A stretch of DNA of 64,000 nt, from positions 171,562 to 235,561 of the IMG/VR virus record IMGVR_UViG_3300042889_001272; one strand, given 5' to 3'. The notes beneath the pieces were generated by a model. It was not told where the DNA came from. It saw only the letters and a list, made by a program, of their open reading frames with translations, and did no database searches. Shown here piece after piece: positions 18,801-28,866 of the stretch (its first letter is position 1; every line of letters begins with the position of its first letter). A program made the translations under genes and the position numbers.

Positions 18801-21800
18801 TGCGGGCTAAGTCATCGGATGCCAATTCAAATTCATAGAATTCAATATTTTTAGTATTTCCAAACTCACCTATGCGTACCATGTATTCTTCCAAGGGCTT
18901 TGTTGAACTTCCGTCGCTGTGAGTCAGTGGCTCCAGGCCTGCAAATACCTGCTTGGTTCCTTTTGTATAAGTAATCGCATTTTTAAATAATGTTTCTGTT
19001 TCTTCTTGTAAAAACAATTGACGTAATTCTGGATTTCTAGCTAGACCAAATTGAGCTCTACTAGCAGCCAGTATTGTTTTGTCATCGACAACGTTTTCTA
19101 TGTCTAATAAATTTCTTCCAACTTCTGAGAATGTGTCATAGTTAGGAATAATAGAATCATCGCTGACAACATACCCGGGAACAAAATATTTCCCATCCCA
19201 AATTTGGCTCTTTTTGCCGCCTATTACAAAACTACGCTTGGTTGTACACTGATCCGGCAGGAAGTATATGTCATTGAACACGCTGATAGAATCTAAATGT
19301 ACAACCGATTCGTAGGTAGCAAATGTTAATTTAATACCATAAATTGGATTACTAGTATCCTTGGTTTTAACTGTGATATTATCACCGCGCTCAACTAATA
19401 AGTCTTTACTGAACAATGGTTTATTTTTGCGATCCACACATTGTCCAACGTTTTCGTTGGTGCCTTCTAAATTTTCTAATTGTCCCTGTGGTATTGTCAA
19501 TACAATACCAGAAGCCGCTGGATTTAAATCAATGTAATTACCTGGAGCAATAACTTCATTGCTCCAATATATAAATTGACTTGCACTCAACTGCCAATTA
19601 CGTAGATCATATGATTCAACTTCTTCGAATTTAAATCCCTGGCTTTCTAAATATTTTCCATAGCCAACAATAATGTCATATATTTCTTGTCTGCTCGAAA
19701 ATTCTTGTCCGTAGGTCAGTGATGTTAGTTCATTGCTGTACACATTCTTTTCTTTGATTACAATATTGCCTATAGTTTTAGCAGTTAGTGAGCTGTTCGT
19801 TGCTGGAGTAAGATAATTAAAATATCCCTGTTCATTGGCAAATCCATGAATAGAATATGATGTTCCGTTCCAAATTATTCTCATTGCAGAATAGAATATT
19901 TCCCTATCTGAATAATGTTTAATTAATCTAACTGCGTAATTTTCTTCAGGCACAAATAATGTTTTGCGTTGACTTGCAATACTTGTACTTTCGATTCTAA
20001 TATTATTATTATTACTGAATCCGCTTAGTAAGAATTCTTTGTTAACTATTAAATTGTTAAATTTATCTATAACAGTTGATTTAAAATCTCGGTTATTAAG
20101 CGCACAAAATTCTGCATACAAACTTTCTATACCAGCAGTATATGTTATGACTCCGTTGACAACTTTTCTATGATAGTTGTGTTCGATGTCACTTGTCTGC
20201 CAAAATTTACTAGTGGAATCTAATTTAATTCCCCATTTGTTGGTTGTTACTTGTCCGGGTACCCAGTTTGTATTGACATATCTAGCAGGGCTGGCTAAGA
20301 ATTTTAATTTCGCTTCTGCGGCCAGACCTCTTTGAGTATTAAGGAATACAGTTTCGAATGGGCCTTGCTGGCCTACTATCCATCCATTGTCGATCAGTGG
20401 TACTGCATCTAACCACGATAGCTCCGACGGGGCAAGCAAGGAACCATCAAGAGCCACAGGAAAAGCTTCTGGATCATCGACATTGTTCACTCTAGCAAAG
20501 AACGGATTAGTCTTGGGCTGTGCTGGTGTGCCAGTGTTTCCTGTGCGTAATGCCTTTTCTAATGCTGTTCTCTTAACTGTGTCAGTCCAAGAGTAATAAG
20601 TATCCCACCACATTGGTTTTAAGGTATACCCCAGCATTTCCCATGGATGACTATGTGGACGATCTGTGTCGTACAAATACTTATAGACTGCTCTCCATGA
20701 ACCAGTCATTGTAGTAGCATCGTCGCCGCTGCCTAGTTGATAAATGTAAGTAAAAGGATCAGCTTCTTCGTAGGCGTCATTGGACATTGTGAAAATATTA
20801 TTTTCTGCCATCCATGATAAGACTTCGCTGTTAACCACAGTTCTTATTTCTGACCATGTGTATCTGCCTGATCTAAAATAGCCCGGCTGATCTTCCAGCA
20901 AAGAAGCATTGCTGTTATTTTCTATGTCATATGCAATACTTGACCACACAGCTTTTTCATATTCAAATAATAACTGTTCAATGGTGTTGTTTGGATAATT
21001 GTTTTCGTCTACGCCATCTTCTAAATATAAACGTGTGCCGTCGTGTTTGCACAAGAAGTGCTTTGTGCCGTTGTAACTTGTGTCTGTATAAATTTCAGGT
21101 TGATAAACTGGGCTCAATCCAATTTTTGCCAAACTGGCAGGAATCTTAGAATTGAATTCGTCAGTCCATTGTCTAATTGTAACTGGATTATCGGCTGTTC
21201 CTGTTCCTGTTCCTGTTCCTGTTGCAATAAACAATTCTCCGACAGTATTACTTTTTGCACCTATACTGACGAAGTTAGTATTTCCAACTACTTTAATAAT
21301 ATATTGTCTTCCGATTTTAAAATTTCCGGCGACGGTTTCAGGTATAGCTTTTAATTCAATTGCAGTATAATATCCGTCTTCCGACACTAGACGATAATCA
21401 ACATTTCGAGTTAATATTTTGTTATCGGCAACGATGTGTAGTATAGTTTCTTTACCAGCACTATGACTAATAACATTCAAACTCATGCTTAATGGAACAG
21501 TTAAATCGGAGCCAACAGTTTTAACTGTTTCCGTATAATTAATGCTGTTGCCCCAGCCCAGCATGTTACTGTGATACCAAAAGTTCTCATTATTAGTTTG
21601 ATTTAAAAAGATATTACTAACTGCTAAATTTAAAATATCTAAACTAGACATAATAGATGTGTTATTTTTATCAATGACTTGTTGGAGTTCGAATGTTAAC
21701 TTATTTAAAAATGAGTCGTAGTGCTTGCCTTGTTTAATAATGATTTCACTGAAGTCATATGGCAAGTTGGTTGCAACAATTGCCGCTTTTGCCAATGGGC

Positions 21801-24780
21801 TATTATGTTTTAATAATGTGCCACCGCCCATGCCAGAGACAATCAACGAAGGATCAGTTTGCAATGCTTCTTTTGCATTTGAAGCATTCGACTTTAAATT
21901 AATTGTATGTTGATACAATGAATAATAATTAATAACGTCGAGTTTAGCATTCAACGGATTTGTAGTTAAACTCAACGGAGCTGTTTTACTCACTGGATCT
22001 GACAGCACAGTATCCAAACAAATCTTATCTCCGTATTTTGATTTTTGATTTAATATAGGTGTAGAAATTAATTGCTGATAATAACTTAATGAACCATCTT
22101 CTTGAGTTATATCGCTGATAGTATAATCGTAGCTTTCATAAACTGGATTAGTTTTGTCTCGTAGATAAGCAAATTGCAAAAATCTCCATTTATTTACAGG
22201 ACGAATAATCGCGGATTTAGTTATATTGTTAGCAGTCCAGAATAATCTAGTAGTGTCTATGTTTAATATATTATCGATATAATTAGAATCTTCTAAAATG
22301 CTAGGGGACAGATCTAATTCGATGACACCATTGCTTACACTGTTATTAAAACAATATGGTTCTTCTAATAATACGGATCGAGAAATATTATCTATTACTT
22401 CTGTTCGATAAAAAGTTATTGGGTAAGGTAAATCATGACAAACTATTTTAAAATTGCTGCCAGATATCAAAGGCATGACTTGTTCAAGATTGTGAAATCC
22501 TCTTTTACTAGAAAATCTAATTAAACCGTGCCCTTGCACATTAAAATAGAATTTTAACTTTTCTGTTTCATCATAAAATATATGAATAGTATTAAATCCG
22601 TCAGCAGTGGGGATTATCTCTTCGCTCCACTGAGTTTCTGTATTATCATCGTAGAACAAATCCTGTGTTTGTTTTGTGATATCCAAACCTCGTCGAGGCT
22701 GATAAAATGATATTGCATAATAAGAAGATGACAAATATTTGTAGCCAAACGGCCCTTTAATTTGTATTTCTTCCCCTGTAGTTTCTTCATTATAAGAAAA
22801 TGTTTTATCTATGTCAGTTGTAAATTTTATTTGATTGGGACTAATGTTCAGTGAATTATTTTCATTGATTATATCAAAGTCAATGCTACTAACTTGTACG
22901 CTTCTGTCCAAGGTATAATCATAAACCGGACCCGAAGCAAAGTCGAGAATAACCCCGCCTTTATAATCAATTTCATTAAATGTTTCTAAGTGAACGTCAT
23001 TGCTAGTATAAAATTCAAATCTAGGGCATTGATTTTTTGTTGTTTTATTCTGTGCAAACTGCCATCTGTTATTTTTATAAATTAATCTATAGTACTTAAT
23101 ATTAGAATTAGCAACAACTAAAGCACCATCACCTGTTACAGTCGTGGTTGTTTGTACAAAACTTGCATTTGTCCCGGGATTGGAAACTGTATAAATTCCA
23201 TTACTATTTTCAAATACTAGTCTGTCACCGTTGACCAATGTGTAACCATACAAATCTTTGATACCGGCTTTTCCTGTATAATCTGAAACTTCTCCTGTTA
23301 ACATAGTTGCAACTGTAGTCTTAATATTATTAGGCCAGTTATATAATTTTGTATATCTATTAAACGTAATAATAGGACGTTTTGCTTTATTTGCTTCTGT
23401 TACAATGTTACTAACTGACGTATCTAAAAAATCTGCTACAGTTTTAATTAAATTAATATGGTACCAGTGATCGATTACACCCCAATGATTTTCATTAGCG
23501 ATATATTTGTCCATGGTTATATATTCTGGCTCTGAAGTAACAATTTGACTTCCGTCCCATAGTTCGCTGTCCCACTTAATTGCAGGAGCATCTACAAGCG
23601 GAGAATCTTTGTCCCATGGACGCTTTTTAAGATAGCTATTAGGAATTCTCTTATCAATGTTTGTTGTCCTTAAAAGTCCAATATTTTCGCCTACACCTAT
23701 AACAAAATATGTTTTGAGTTCTTCATCTAATGCTTTGCCGGTACCGGTGCCTGGACCCTTTGCAGTAAACGAAGTTCCTGCAGAAGGCTGAGTATATATT
23801 GTAGTCAAGCTAACTGTTTGACTAATGTTAATATTATATCTACCTTTGCCGCCTATAGTTTCTCCTGCTTGAAGAGGTAGTACTTGATCAACAATATGCG
23901 TTCCTGGTGCTATTCCTTGTCCGACAATGAAATTTCCTGACTTTAAAATTTGTTCTCCAATAAAATCGGTGTTGTCTTCTGAGTAATCTGTGAACTCGTT
24001 AAAGAATTTTGTAATAGTTAAAGTAGTCCCTATTATCGAACCAGTAGACTTAGAATTTGGTCGGGCGCCGATTGCTATAAAGTTTGTATTTCCTAATTCA
24101 GAAATTTCATATTGTTTTCCTACAACAAAATTTCCTGCATTAATTTCATTAAAAGTTTTATATGCAGAATCAACAAAGCCAGTGAAGTAAACAACCATGC
24201 CGTTTTGTAATACCAATGATTTACCAGTTCCATCGTCTACTAGAGTTACACTTGGCTTTCCGATAACATCAGTGGCCATGGAAAATTTATTTCCGCCGGC
24301 AATTGCTTCTGCAAAATGCAGTCTTAATGCAGGCAAATCATTGGCAACCCAATAGTATAAGTGATAGTCAGATAGTCTTCTTGAAATGATTGGTAGATCT
24401 ACAATATTGATATCCTTGTCTAATTGAATGCCATCTTTTAGTTCCAAGCCTTTTACTCGGAAATAATTTTCAATGTCCAAGTAACTTGCTTTGCCTAAAT
24501 AAGAATCTTCGCCGTCTCTCATAACAAGCATGTTATTAGCTTGACTTTCTCGACGAATTTCATTGCTTTCTACTTTGAAGAATTCAGTGACACCGTTTGT
24601 AGCAGATCTTAACCCCAGTGTTTCTTTAAAGTTAGATAATTGACCTTTGCTGGTCATTAAATCTAAACTAGAGTCTAACATTTTCTTGTTAGGCTCTGTG
24701 ACAAATACCTGCGGTAAAAGGTTTACATTTTTAACCTTTTTAGCGGCTAGTTCTGCTGGCTTTTTTGTTTGCTTGCTCAT
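15805..24780 (-). CDS. Giant (2991 aa) baseplate/tail structural protein
   Basis: Uninterrupted 9-kb ORF coupled (ATGA) to gp6-like gene; occupies the gp7-like position; repeated W-D-x-x-x-W-D motifs and inserted modules. Confidence 0.7.
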   Translation of the reverse strand: MSKQTKKPAELAAKKVKNVNLLPQVFVTEPNKKMLDSSLDLMTSKGQLSNFKETLGLRSATNGVTEFFKVESNEIRRESQANNMLVMRDGEDSYLGKASYLDIENYFRVKGLELKDGIQLDKDINIVDLPIISRRLSDYHLYYWVANDLPALRLHFAEAIAGGNKFSMATDVIGKPSVTLVDDGTGKSLVLQNGMVVYFTGFVDSAYKTFNEINAGNFVVGKQYEISELGNTNFIAIGARPNSKSTGSIIGTTLTITKFFNEFTDYSEDNTDFIGEQILKSGNFIVGQGIAPGTHIVDQVLPLQAGETIGGKGRYNINISQTVSLTTIYTQPSAGTSFTAKGPGTGTGKALDEELKTYFVIGVGENIGLLRTTNIDKRIPNSYLKKRPWDKDSPLVDAPAIKWDSELWDGSQIVTSEPEYITMDKYIANENHWGVIDHWYHINLIKTVADFLDTSVSNIVTEANKAKRPIITFNRYTKLYNWPNNIKTTVATMLTGEVSDYTGKAGIKDLYGYTLVNGDRLVFENSNGIYTVSNPGTNASFVQTTTTVTGDGALVVANSNIKYYRLIYKNNRWQFAQNKTTKNQCPRFEFYTSNDVHLETFNEIDYKGGVILDFASGPVYDYTLDRSVQVSSIDFDIINENNSLNISPNQIKFTTDIDKTFSYNEETTGEEIQIKGPFGYKYLSSSYYAISFYQPRRGLDITKQTQDLFYDDNTETQWSEEIIPTADGFNTIHIFYDETEKLKFYFNVQGHGLIRFSSKRGFHNLEQVMPLISGSNFKIVCHDLPYPITFYRTEVIDNISRSVLLEEPYCFNNSVSNGVIELDLSPSILEDSNYIDNILNIDTTRLFWTANNITKSAIIRPVNKWRFLQFAYLRDKTNPVYESYDYTISDITQEDGSLSYYQQLISTPILNQKSKYGDKICLDTVLSDPVSKTAPLSLTTNPLNAKLDVINYYSLYQHTINLKSNASNAKEALQTDPSLIVSGMGGGTLLKHNSPLAKAAIVATNLPYDFSEIIIKQGKHYDSFLNKLTFELQQVIDKNNTSIMSSLDILNLAVSNIFLNQTNNENFWYHSNMLGWGNSINYTETVKTVGSDLTVPLSMSLNVISHSAGKETILHIVADNKILTRNVDYRLVSEDGYYTAIELKAIPETVAGNFKIGRQYIIKVVGNTNFVSIGAKSNTVGELFIATGTGTGTGTADNPVTIRQWTDEFNSKIPASLAKIGLSPVYQPEIYTDTSYNGTKHFLCKHDGTRLYLEDGVDENNYPNNTIEQLLFEYEKAVWSSIAYDIENNSNASLLEDQPGYFRSGRYTWSEIRTVVNSEVLSWMAENNIFTMSNDAYEEADPFTYIYQLGSGDDATTMTGSWRAVYKYLYDTDRPHSHPWEMLGYTLKPMWWDTYYSWTDTVKRTALEKALRTGNTGTPAQPKTNPFFARVNNVDDPEAFPVALDGSLLAPSELSWLDAVPLIDNGWIVGQQGPFETVFLNTQRGLAAEAKLKFLASPARYVNTNWVPGQVTTNKWGIKLDSTSKFWQTSDIEHNYHRKVVNGVITYTAGIESLYAEFCALNNRDFKSTVIDKFNNLIVNKEFLLSGFSNNNNIRIESTSIASQRKTLFVPEENYAVRLIKHYSDREIFYSAMRIIWNGTSYSIHGFANEQGYFNYLTPATNSSLTAKTIGNIVIKEKNVYSNELTSLTYGQEFSSRQEIYDIIVGYGKYLESQGFKFEEVESYDLRNWQLSASQFIYWSNEVIAPGNYIDLNPAASGIVLTIPQGQLENLEGTNENVGQCVDRKNKPLFSKDLLVERGDNITVKTKDTSNPIYGIKLTFATYESVVHLDSISVFNDIYFLPDQCTTKRSFVIGGKKSQIWDGKYFVPGYVVSDDSIIPNYDTFSEVGRNLLDIENVVDDKTILAASRAQFGLARNPELRQLFLQEETETLFKNAITYTKGTKQVFAGLEPLTHSDGSSTKPLEEYMVRIGEFGNTKNIEFYEFELASDDLARNPQVISFVADNDDRVSPYIHYITDNSQKWVHRPYRKNLTFKPLDRTYTDLKTSGPVIEGDTNFSVATLDDMPALYSDFSDLYNIESYSANKSYKKNSQVRYNGFLYYSITTVSPNTWTNNSDKFTRINEPFLPNIFVANYNKPNPNLLGTGNSMFTPGTWQVLQTIDRNIAVTEICPGPTDVSKARVTCNFPHRAEVGDYVLIINASSANATVNGIWRVDSIEDNFGFYINTRVTEAITTGKVFAFKPIRFKNLAELNAATGANAGTYGYAWKRKYNPFSNAIGTTNFTLPITPSKYNAAFPIAIVDDGIGNSSGNVSFDFGNYKVYEIIQTDAIRKTVVKTDSLPLDLSDIEHLIIYDYDSNKVMAKLELFDPRKMYLPKVFKDDIEVINRVDPAKYTRTTDEFKSAYASLGWYEEYVGRRWWDTSTTQFSDYESGDALTRARYWGTTVDSKLPDIYEWTKSPVHPTQWNKLVEANGSAFGQRASGEVYVDTASGKDNYHWVEEQDYVNGNIYNVFYFWVKNKDTISPESKAVRIYSTKQLSKIILNPSAAGLAWYAPINSNSIMLKGVEHLLNNSSTVVQIKKKLKGEEKHQQWLFVSEENTSETIPQWIHTRFRDSIASGIHYKSTANYVDYSTATTHRPRDIVQYNSNFYICHTQTTGTFDSSKWHLITGAEYIDSNTFEFNITKNIPDVIKLHRYSQLGNSIRPYAQGWFRDIYEARRTFIKKTNQLLLNVDISSLPNWGDILNQTAYILFDETIDLTKYWTLVDYQSEGYDPTKEITLTVSKLAEIYTSYVTANSYIKVLEDKSIYEKDVDGGFKVVYRTADKTNQRGAIKLSDELFDPKGTWDGSKWNAINIPWDFDFCNIFYAITEALRNNLFVDTYKVSYSKMMCAMFRYVLSEQTNVDWLQKSSTIEPINLINNVLDKTNTLRRDDIDVFLNFYTSVKSYRDKIRSSTVNKQLIENTNLSMDETLSVEDTEINIGYGGELAGEGTVFN

Positions 24781-27700
24781 CGACTGATCCTAATGTTGCT
24801 GTCTGTAATTTCACTAATAACAATAATATCGCTGACTCCTGCGACGCTGGTTACGACTTCGTTGCTGTCTGGTTGTATTTGAAATAACGTACCGAATCTA
24901 CCTTCTGCACTTATTGGAACTATGACAACACTGTTGAGTTCTGTTTTTAATGCAGTGTGTATGTATGCGGCTAATTCTGTGAAGTAAAAGATTTCTCCAA
25001 AGCCAAAGTTTCCTGGAGTAAAGAAAGTATCTATTGCATCAATGACTTTACTTTTAATTTCACTGTCTGTTAGTTTTGTTTTAAGACTCTTGACTACTTT
25101 GAACTGTGCTTGAAATTCTGGATCTGCAAGTGTTCCAAATAAAGGTTTAAACTTAACAGGATGGAATATCACTTCATCTGTGATCATTTTATATTCAACT
25201 AGATTTGCAAAATTGTCTCGTAGTTCTTCAGTGGTAGGAGGTAGTGGTGCAACAGTATTTGCATCATTTTTCTTTTTCCATGATACATAATCATCATTGT
25301 ATGTTTTAGTTAAAACATACGCATCTATAATATTAGTCAAGCTAGGATTCAACGTTTGGTCAATATTAGTATTGTGTTCCCACTTAAAAGCAAGATCCAT
25401 TTTTCCATTAACTGTTTCTAAAATATTTTCGTTGGTAGTCAGTGGCGCTGGAACATTGTAAGAAAAACTTCCTTCTTCGTAGTTGATTAATGCAATTTCG
25501 CTGGCGCCTATGATAGCATTAAAATGGTTTGGATCATCGGGCAAAAAGTCATTGTCTAAATCCAATGGAGTTACTTTGACTTTACTGTTATCAGTGTATC
25601 CATCATCATAGACATAATATCCGCTGATGCGATATTTCTTAAGTACTGATAATTTGGAACTAGAGTCCAATGTAACTAAACTGATGTAATCATTGCTAAC
25701 TGATTTAAAGTTAGGATTAAACGTGGCTGCAAAATTAATGTTGTAAAAACGAATCAATCCTTCACTGCCAAATACATAGTCCAGCTGGCGACTAGTAATA
25801 GTCCAGCCGTTGCTTTCTCTTGTTACATTTAATATCCAGCCTGTGCTGTTGCTGTTTGAATTATAATTGGCAGTTGTATTTACTGGCGTAGTTATTATAG
25901 TCCATTTGGGAGTTAAGTTGTCAAATTTTAATGCAAACGAAACTTTTTCTTCTAATTTTTCAATAATTAATTCTCGTGTAACAGTATCAAATACCCTGGC
26001 AAATGGCGGCAATATTTCAACAAGCCTTTCAGTGTCTGTGACAGATGCGTTAATTTCCACTGGACCATGGCCGTTAGACAATAAACCTGTGTAAACATAG
26101 TCGATGTTTTCTATACCAAGCCCATCGCCTCGAATGTCAGATACAGTAACCCAACGAGTATCACCTACATCATTCTTTAATTTAATTAATGACCCGGGTC
26201 GCATTGCTCGTAGCTCACCACCTGTAGTAAATCCCAGTTTCATAGGAACTTTAGATGCCAATGACTCTGATATAAAGCCGTTACTCGAAGTTAAATCATT
26301 GTAGGAATATCTCCAACGATAGTCGCCGACTTTAAATGCTTGTGATCCACTTGCGTGTGCCGCTTTGCTTGTTCCTTGCTGTGCTCGACGCACTCCTGTG
26401 AATGTATTTCCCAATGCCGATGCAGTGCCAGACCCAGAACCAGCGCCCGTTGCTACGAATGACACTCCTGTCGTATTCGAACTCGCTCCGATTGCAGTAA
26501 AATTAGTGGTACCTATACTTATAATAGTATACGTTTTTCCATTAATGAAACTTCCTGCGTTTACTGTAATAACGGGTATACTAGTATATGTAAACAATTC
26601 ATTATCTATTTGTAACATACCGCCATCGATGTCAAAATTATCAAATGCGTTAAGCGTGTTATAAAGACTTTCTACTGGAATTGTAATTATTGTCGATGTT
26701 GCATCCATAGCATCAACTGTAGTGGCATAATATATTGTTTTTTCTAATTTTACGCTGGGAAAATATTGTGTGCTAGTACTACCAGTGATTCCTGATAGAT
26801 TTAACTTGCCGTAATAAAAGTTTAGTAATCCAATGTCTGTCAACTGTTTTTCAATGTATTCGTCTAATAAATCAACCGAGCGTTGACTTGCATCATCGGC
26901 AATATATGTGTTCTTGGACAGTTCGTCTTTGTACATGTAACCATCGTCGCCGAATTCGATTAATGGACGGCTCTTGCCTGTTGGGTCGCTTAGATCAACG
27001 TAACGACTGTGTCCACTGAATGTTCTATTTTCAGCTTTCATAATCAGCACATCACTGTTTAATGTGGGCAAGAATCCATTATAGTCATCGCCTGTGACCA
27101 TTCTATTTTTACTGTAAAATGCTTCGGGCGCATTGCGTTTGATTTCATCAACGGTTTCACTGGGTAGACCAGTGATCATGTTGTCCTGTAGTTCCAAGGT
27201 TATTGTCAACGTCTGTGCTTGATTATTAGCATTGGCATAACCAATGTTGAAAGTAATATTAGTTACGTCGCCTGCTTTAACTCTTACAAAATCATTTTCG
27301 GCAATTCGATACCAAACTTTTATTTGTCCTGTTGGAACATTAGTAAAAGCGCCATCACCAAATTTAATACTTGTTATATCAGCATCGCTGTAAATTACTT
27401 CATACAAATCTCGTTCGCTGCCGTTGTATTCGTTGAGCACGATATTAGAAAAGTTTAAGTCGCCGACTTTTTTCCATGATTTTAATATTGCACCCGTGTC
27501 GTCGATTGATTGCACATAAAAATCTTCTTCACTGATATTTCCTGTGCTGGGAATATCGATGACTAAATTGGCACTAGGACTATAAATTTGTTCTACAATA
27601 CTAACCAATGTTCCTTGTTTGACTAAACAGAAGAAACCAGTTTTTGTACTGCCCACGCCTTTGCCGTCATTTCTATACATGACACTGAATGCACTGTCTA

Positions 27701-28403
27701 AATTTGGTTCAGACTGAGTTAACATGCCATCCGTGCTGATATCAATGGGTAATATATCAAAGGTTAAATTTAAACCATCTACGTTTCCACCAATAGAGTA
27801 GTTTGTTAATAACTCCGTACCTAAATTATTAAAATTATAAACTTCAAATAAATTCCCTGTGGAAGTATTAGTGCTTCTTTTTGTGGGTGTACCAAACTGA
27901 TTGTTGGAATTAAATGCCGCGTTCATTACTTTAATGAAACGTTCGTATTCTAATTCACTGGGATCTGCTCCCCACATAATTGTCTTATTAGAAAGATTCA
28001 CACCAGTGCTGTCTAATATCGACTCTGACGTGTTGATTGCAACGACTTTCATAAAGCCTTGTGCTGGACGAACACGCTTGGGTTTATATGAAAGCATACG
28101 TGCAATACGCAACACACTTTCACGTTTTTCTGCTGTGTCTAAAATATTTTCTCTGGCATTTAAATCCATGCGGAATGCTAGATTTTGACCTACATAAGCA
28201 ACCAAGTCTACCAATGCAATAAATTCGCTGTTTTGTGTATAATCGTTGAACTCTTCGGGGTAGTTGAATTGCACATAGTTGATCATCGACTGGCGTAGTG
28301 TGTCGAAATCGTAGCTACGGAATTCTGCGTTCTTAAAACTAGAATAGACTACTGTCCAGTCTTCTGCTCCGTATAAGTTTTCTTGTCTAATTGCCTTTGG
28401 CAT
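24777..28403 (-). CDS. gp6: Baseplate wedge protein, T4 gp6-like
   Basis: YDFDTLRQSMINY..FNDY..SEFIALVDLVAY..NLAFRMDLNARENILDTAEKRESVLRIARMLSYKP; IKRNAPEAFYSKNRMVTGDDY. Confidence 0.85.
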   Translation of the reverse strand: MPKAIRQENLYGAEDWTVVYSSFKNAEFRSYDFDTLRQSMINYVQFNYPEEFNDYTQNSEFIALVDLVAYVGQNLAFRMDLNARENILDTAEKRESVLRIARMLSYKPKRVRPAQGFMKVVAINTSESILDSTGVNLSNKTIMWGADPSELEYERFIKVMNAAFNSNNQFGTPTKRSTNTSTGNLFEVYNFNNLGTELLTNYSIGGNVDGLNLTFDILPIDISTDGMLTQSEPNLDSAFSVMYRNDGKGVGSTKTGFFCLVKQGTLVSIVEQIYSPSANLVIDIPSTGNISEEDFYVQSIDDTGAILKSWKKVGDLNFSNIVLNEYNGSERDLYEVIYSDADITSIKFGDGAFTNVPTGQIKVWYRIAENDFVRVKAGDVTNITFNIGYANANNQAQTLTITLELQDNMITGLPSETVDEIKRNAPEAFYSKNRMVTGDDYNGFLPTLNSDVLIMKAENRTFSGHSRYVDLSDPTGKSRPLIEFGDDGYMYKDELSKNTYIADDASQRSVDLLDEYIEKQLTDIGLLNFYYGKLNLSGITGSTSTQYFPSVKLEKTIYYATTVDAMDATSTIITIPVESLYNTLNAFDNFDIDGGMLQIDNELFTYTSIPVITVNAGSFINGKTYTIISIGTTNFTAIGASSNTTGVSFVATGAGSGSGTASALGNTFTGVRRAQQGTSKAAHASGSQAFKVGDYRWRYSYNDLTSSNGFISESLASKVPMKLGFTTGGELRAMRPGSLIKLKNDVGDTRWVTVSDIRGDGLGIENIDYVYTGLLSNGHGPVEINASVTDTERLVEILPPFARVFDTVTRELIIEKLEEKVSFALKFDNLTPKWTIITTPVNTTANYNSNSNSTGWILNVTRESNGWTITSRQLDYVFGSEGLIRFYNINFAATFNPNFKSVSNDYISLVTLDSSSKLSVLKKYRISGYYVYDDGYTDNSKVKVTPLDLDNDFLPDDPNHFNAIIGASEIALINYEEGSFSYNVPAPLTTNENILETVNGKMDLAFKWEHNTNIDQTLNPSLTNIIDAYVLTKTYNDDYVSWKKKNDANTVAPLPPTTEELRDNFANLVEYKMITDEVIFHPVKFKPLFGTLADPEFQAQFKVVKSLKTKLTDSEIKSKVIDAIDTFFTPGNFGFGEIFYFTELAAYIHTALKTELNSVVIVPISAEGRFGTLFQIQPDSNEVVTSVAGVSDIIVISEITDSNIRISR

Positions 28404-28413
28404 AGTTTATCCT

Positions 28414-28794
28414 TTATCCGAGTTCTCGTTCAGCGGTCAAGTTTCTGTTAAACACCGCTACTAATTCTGTTTCTGTGGCAGTTGGAACATATCTTAAAAT
28501 AATAGTTACTATAATTGTATGTTCGTTATCTACTATATCCATGTCCAATAAATCTAGTCTAGGATCTTTTGTTACAATACGCAGACAATCTGCTCTAATA
28601 GTGTCTATAGTTTCGTCAGTTAATGGATCAAACAATAGATCCCAAACAATGCTTCCGAACTCAGGACTCATTACTCGTTCACCTTTACGAGTATAGAACT
28701 CGTTAAGCAAGTCGCGTTTTGCAAGGTTAATATCGTAGAGTTTGAAATTTCCCCACGTTTTATCGACAGTACTGTAACCTTTGAATTTTCTCAT
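28414..28794 (-). CDS. gp25: Baseplate wedge / sheath initiator, T4 gp25-like
   Basis: KRDLLNEFYTRKGERVMSPEFGSIVWDLLFDPL..DPRL. Confidence 0.9.
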   Translation of the reverse strand: MRKFKGYSTVDKTWGNFKLYDINLAKRDLLNEFYTRKGERVMSPEFGSIVWDLLFDPLTDETIDTIRADCLRIVTKDPRLDLLDMDIVDNEHTIIVTIILRYVPTATETELVAVFNRNLTAERELG

Positions 28795-28799
28795 ACATG

Positions 28800-28807
28800 T
28801 ATTTATT
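28800..28807 (-). promoter_or_regulatory. Late promoter-like AATAAATA, 5 nt before ATG
   Basis: TAAATA-CATGT-ATG; no Shine-Dalgarno. Confidence 0.6.
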
Positions 28808-28838
28808 ATAGAATAATGTATGTAGATAACGAGTCAAC

Positions 28839-28866
28839 AAAAAAGGCACATAAAGTGCCTTTTTTT
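28839..28866. terminator. Bidirectional intrinsic terminator
   Basis: A6-GGCAC-ATAAA-GTGCC-T7 at the HNH stop. Confidence 0.8.

Noticed and set aside
21197-21222. (CCTGTT)4 microsatellite as phase-variation tract
   Set aside because: Hexamer unit preserves frame and simply encodes the GTGTGTGT end of the mobile module.
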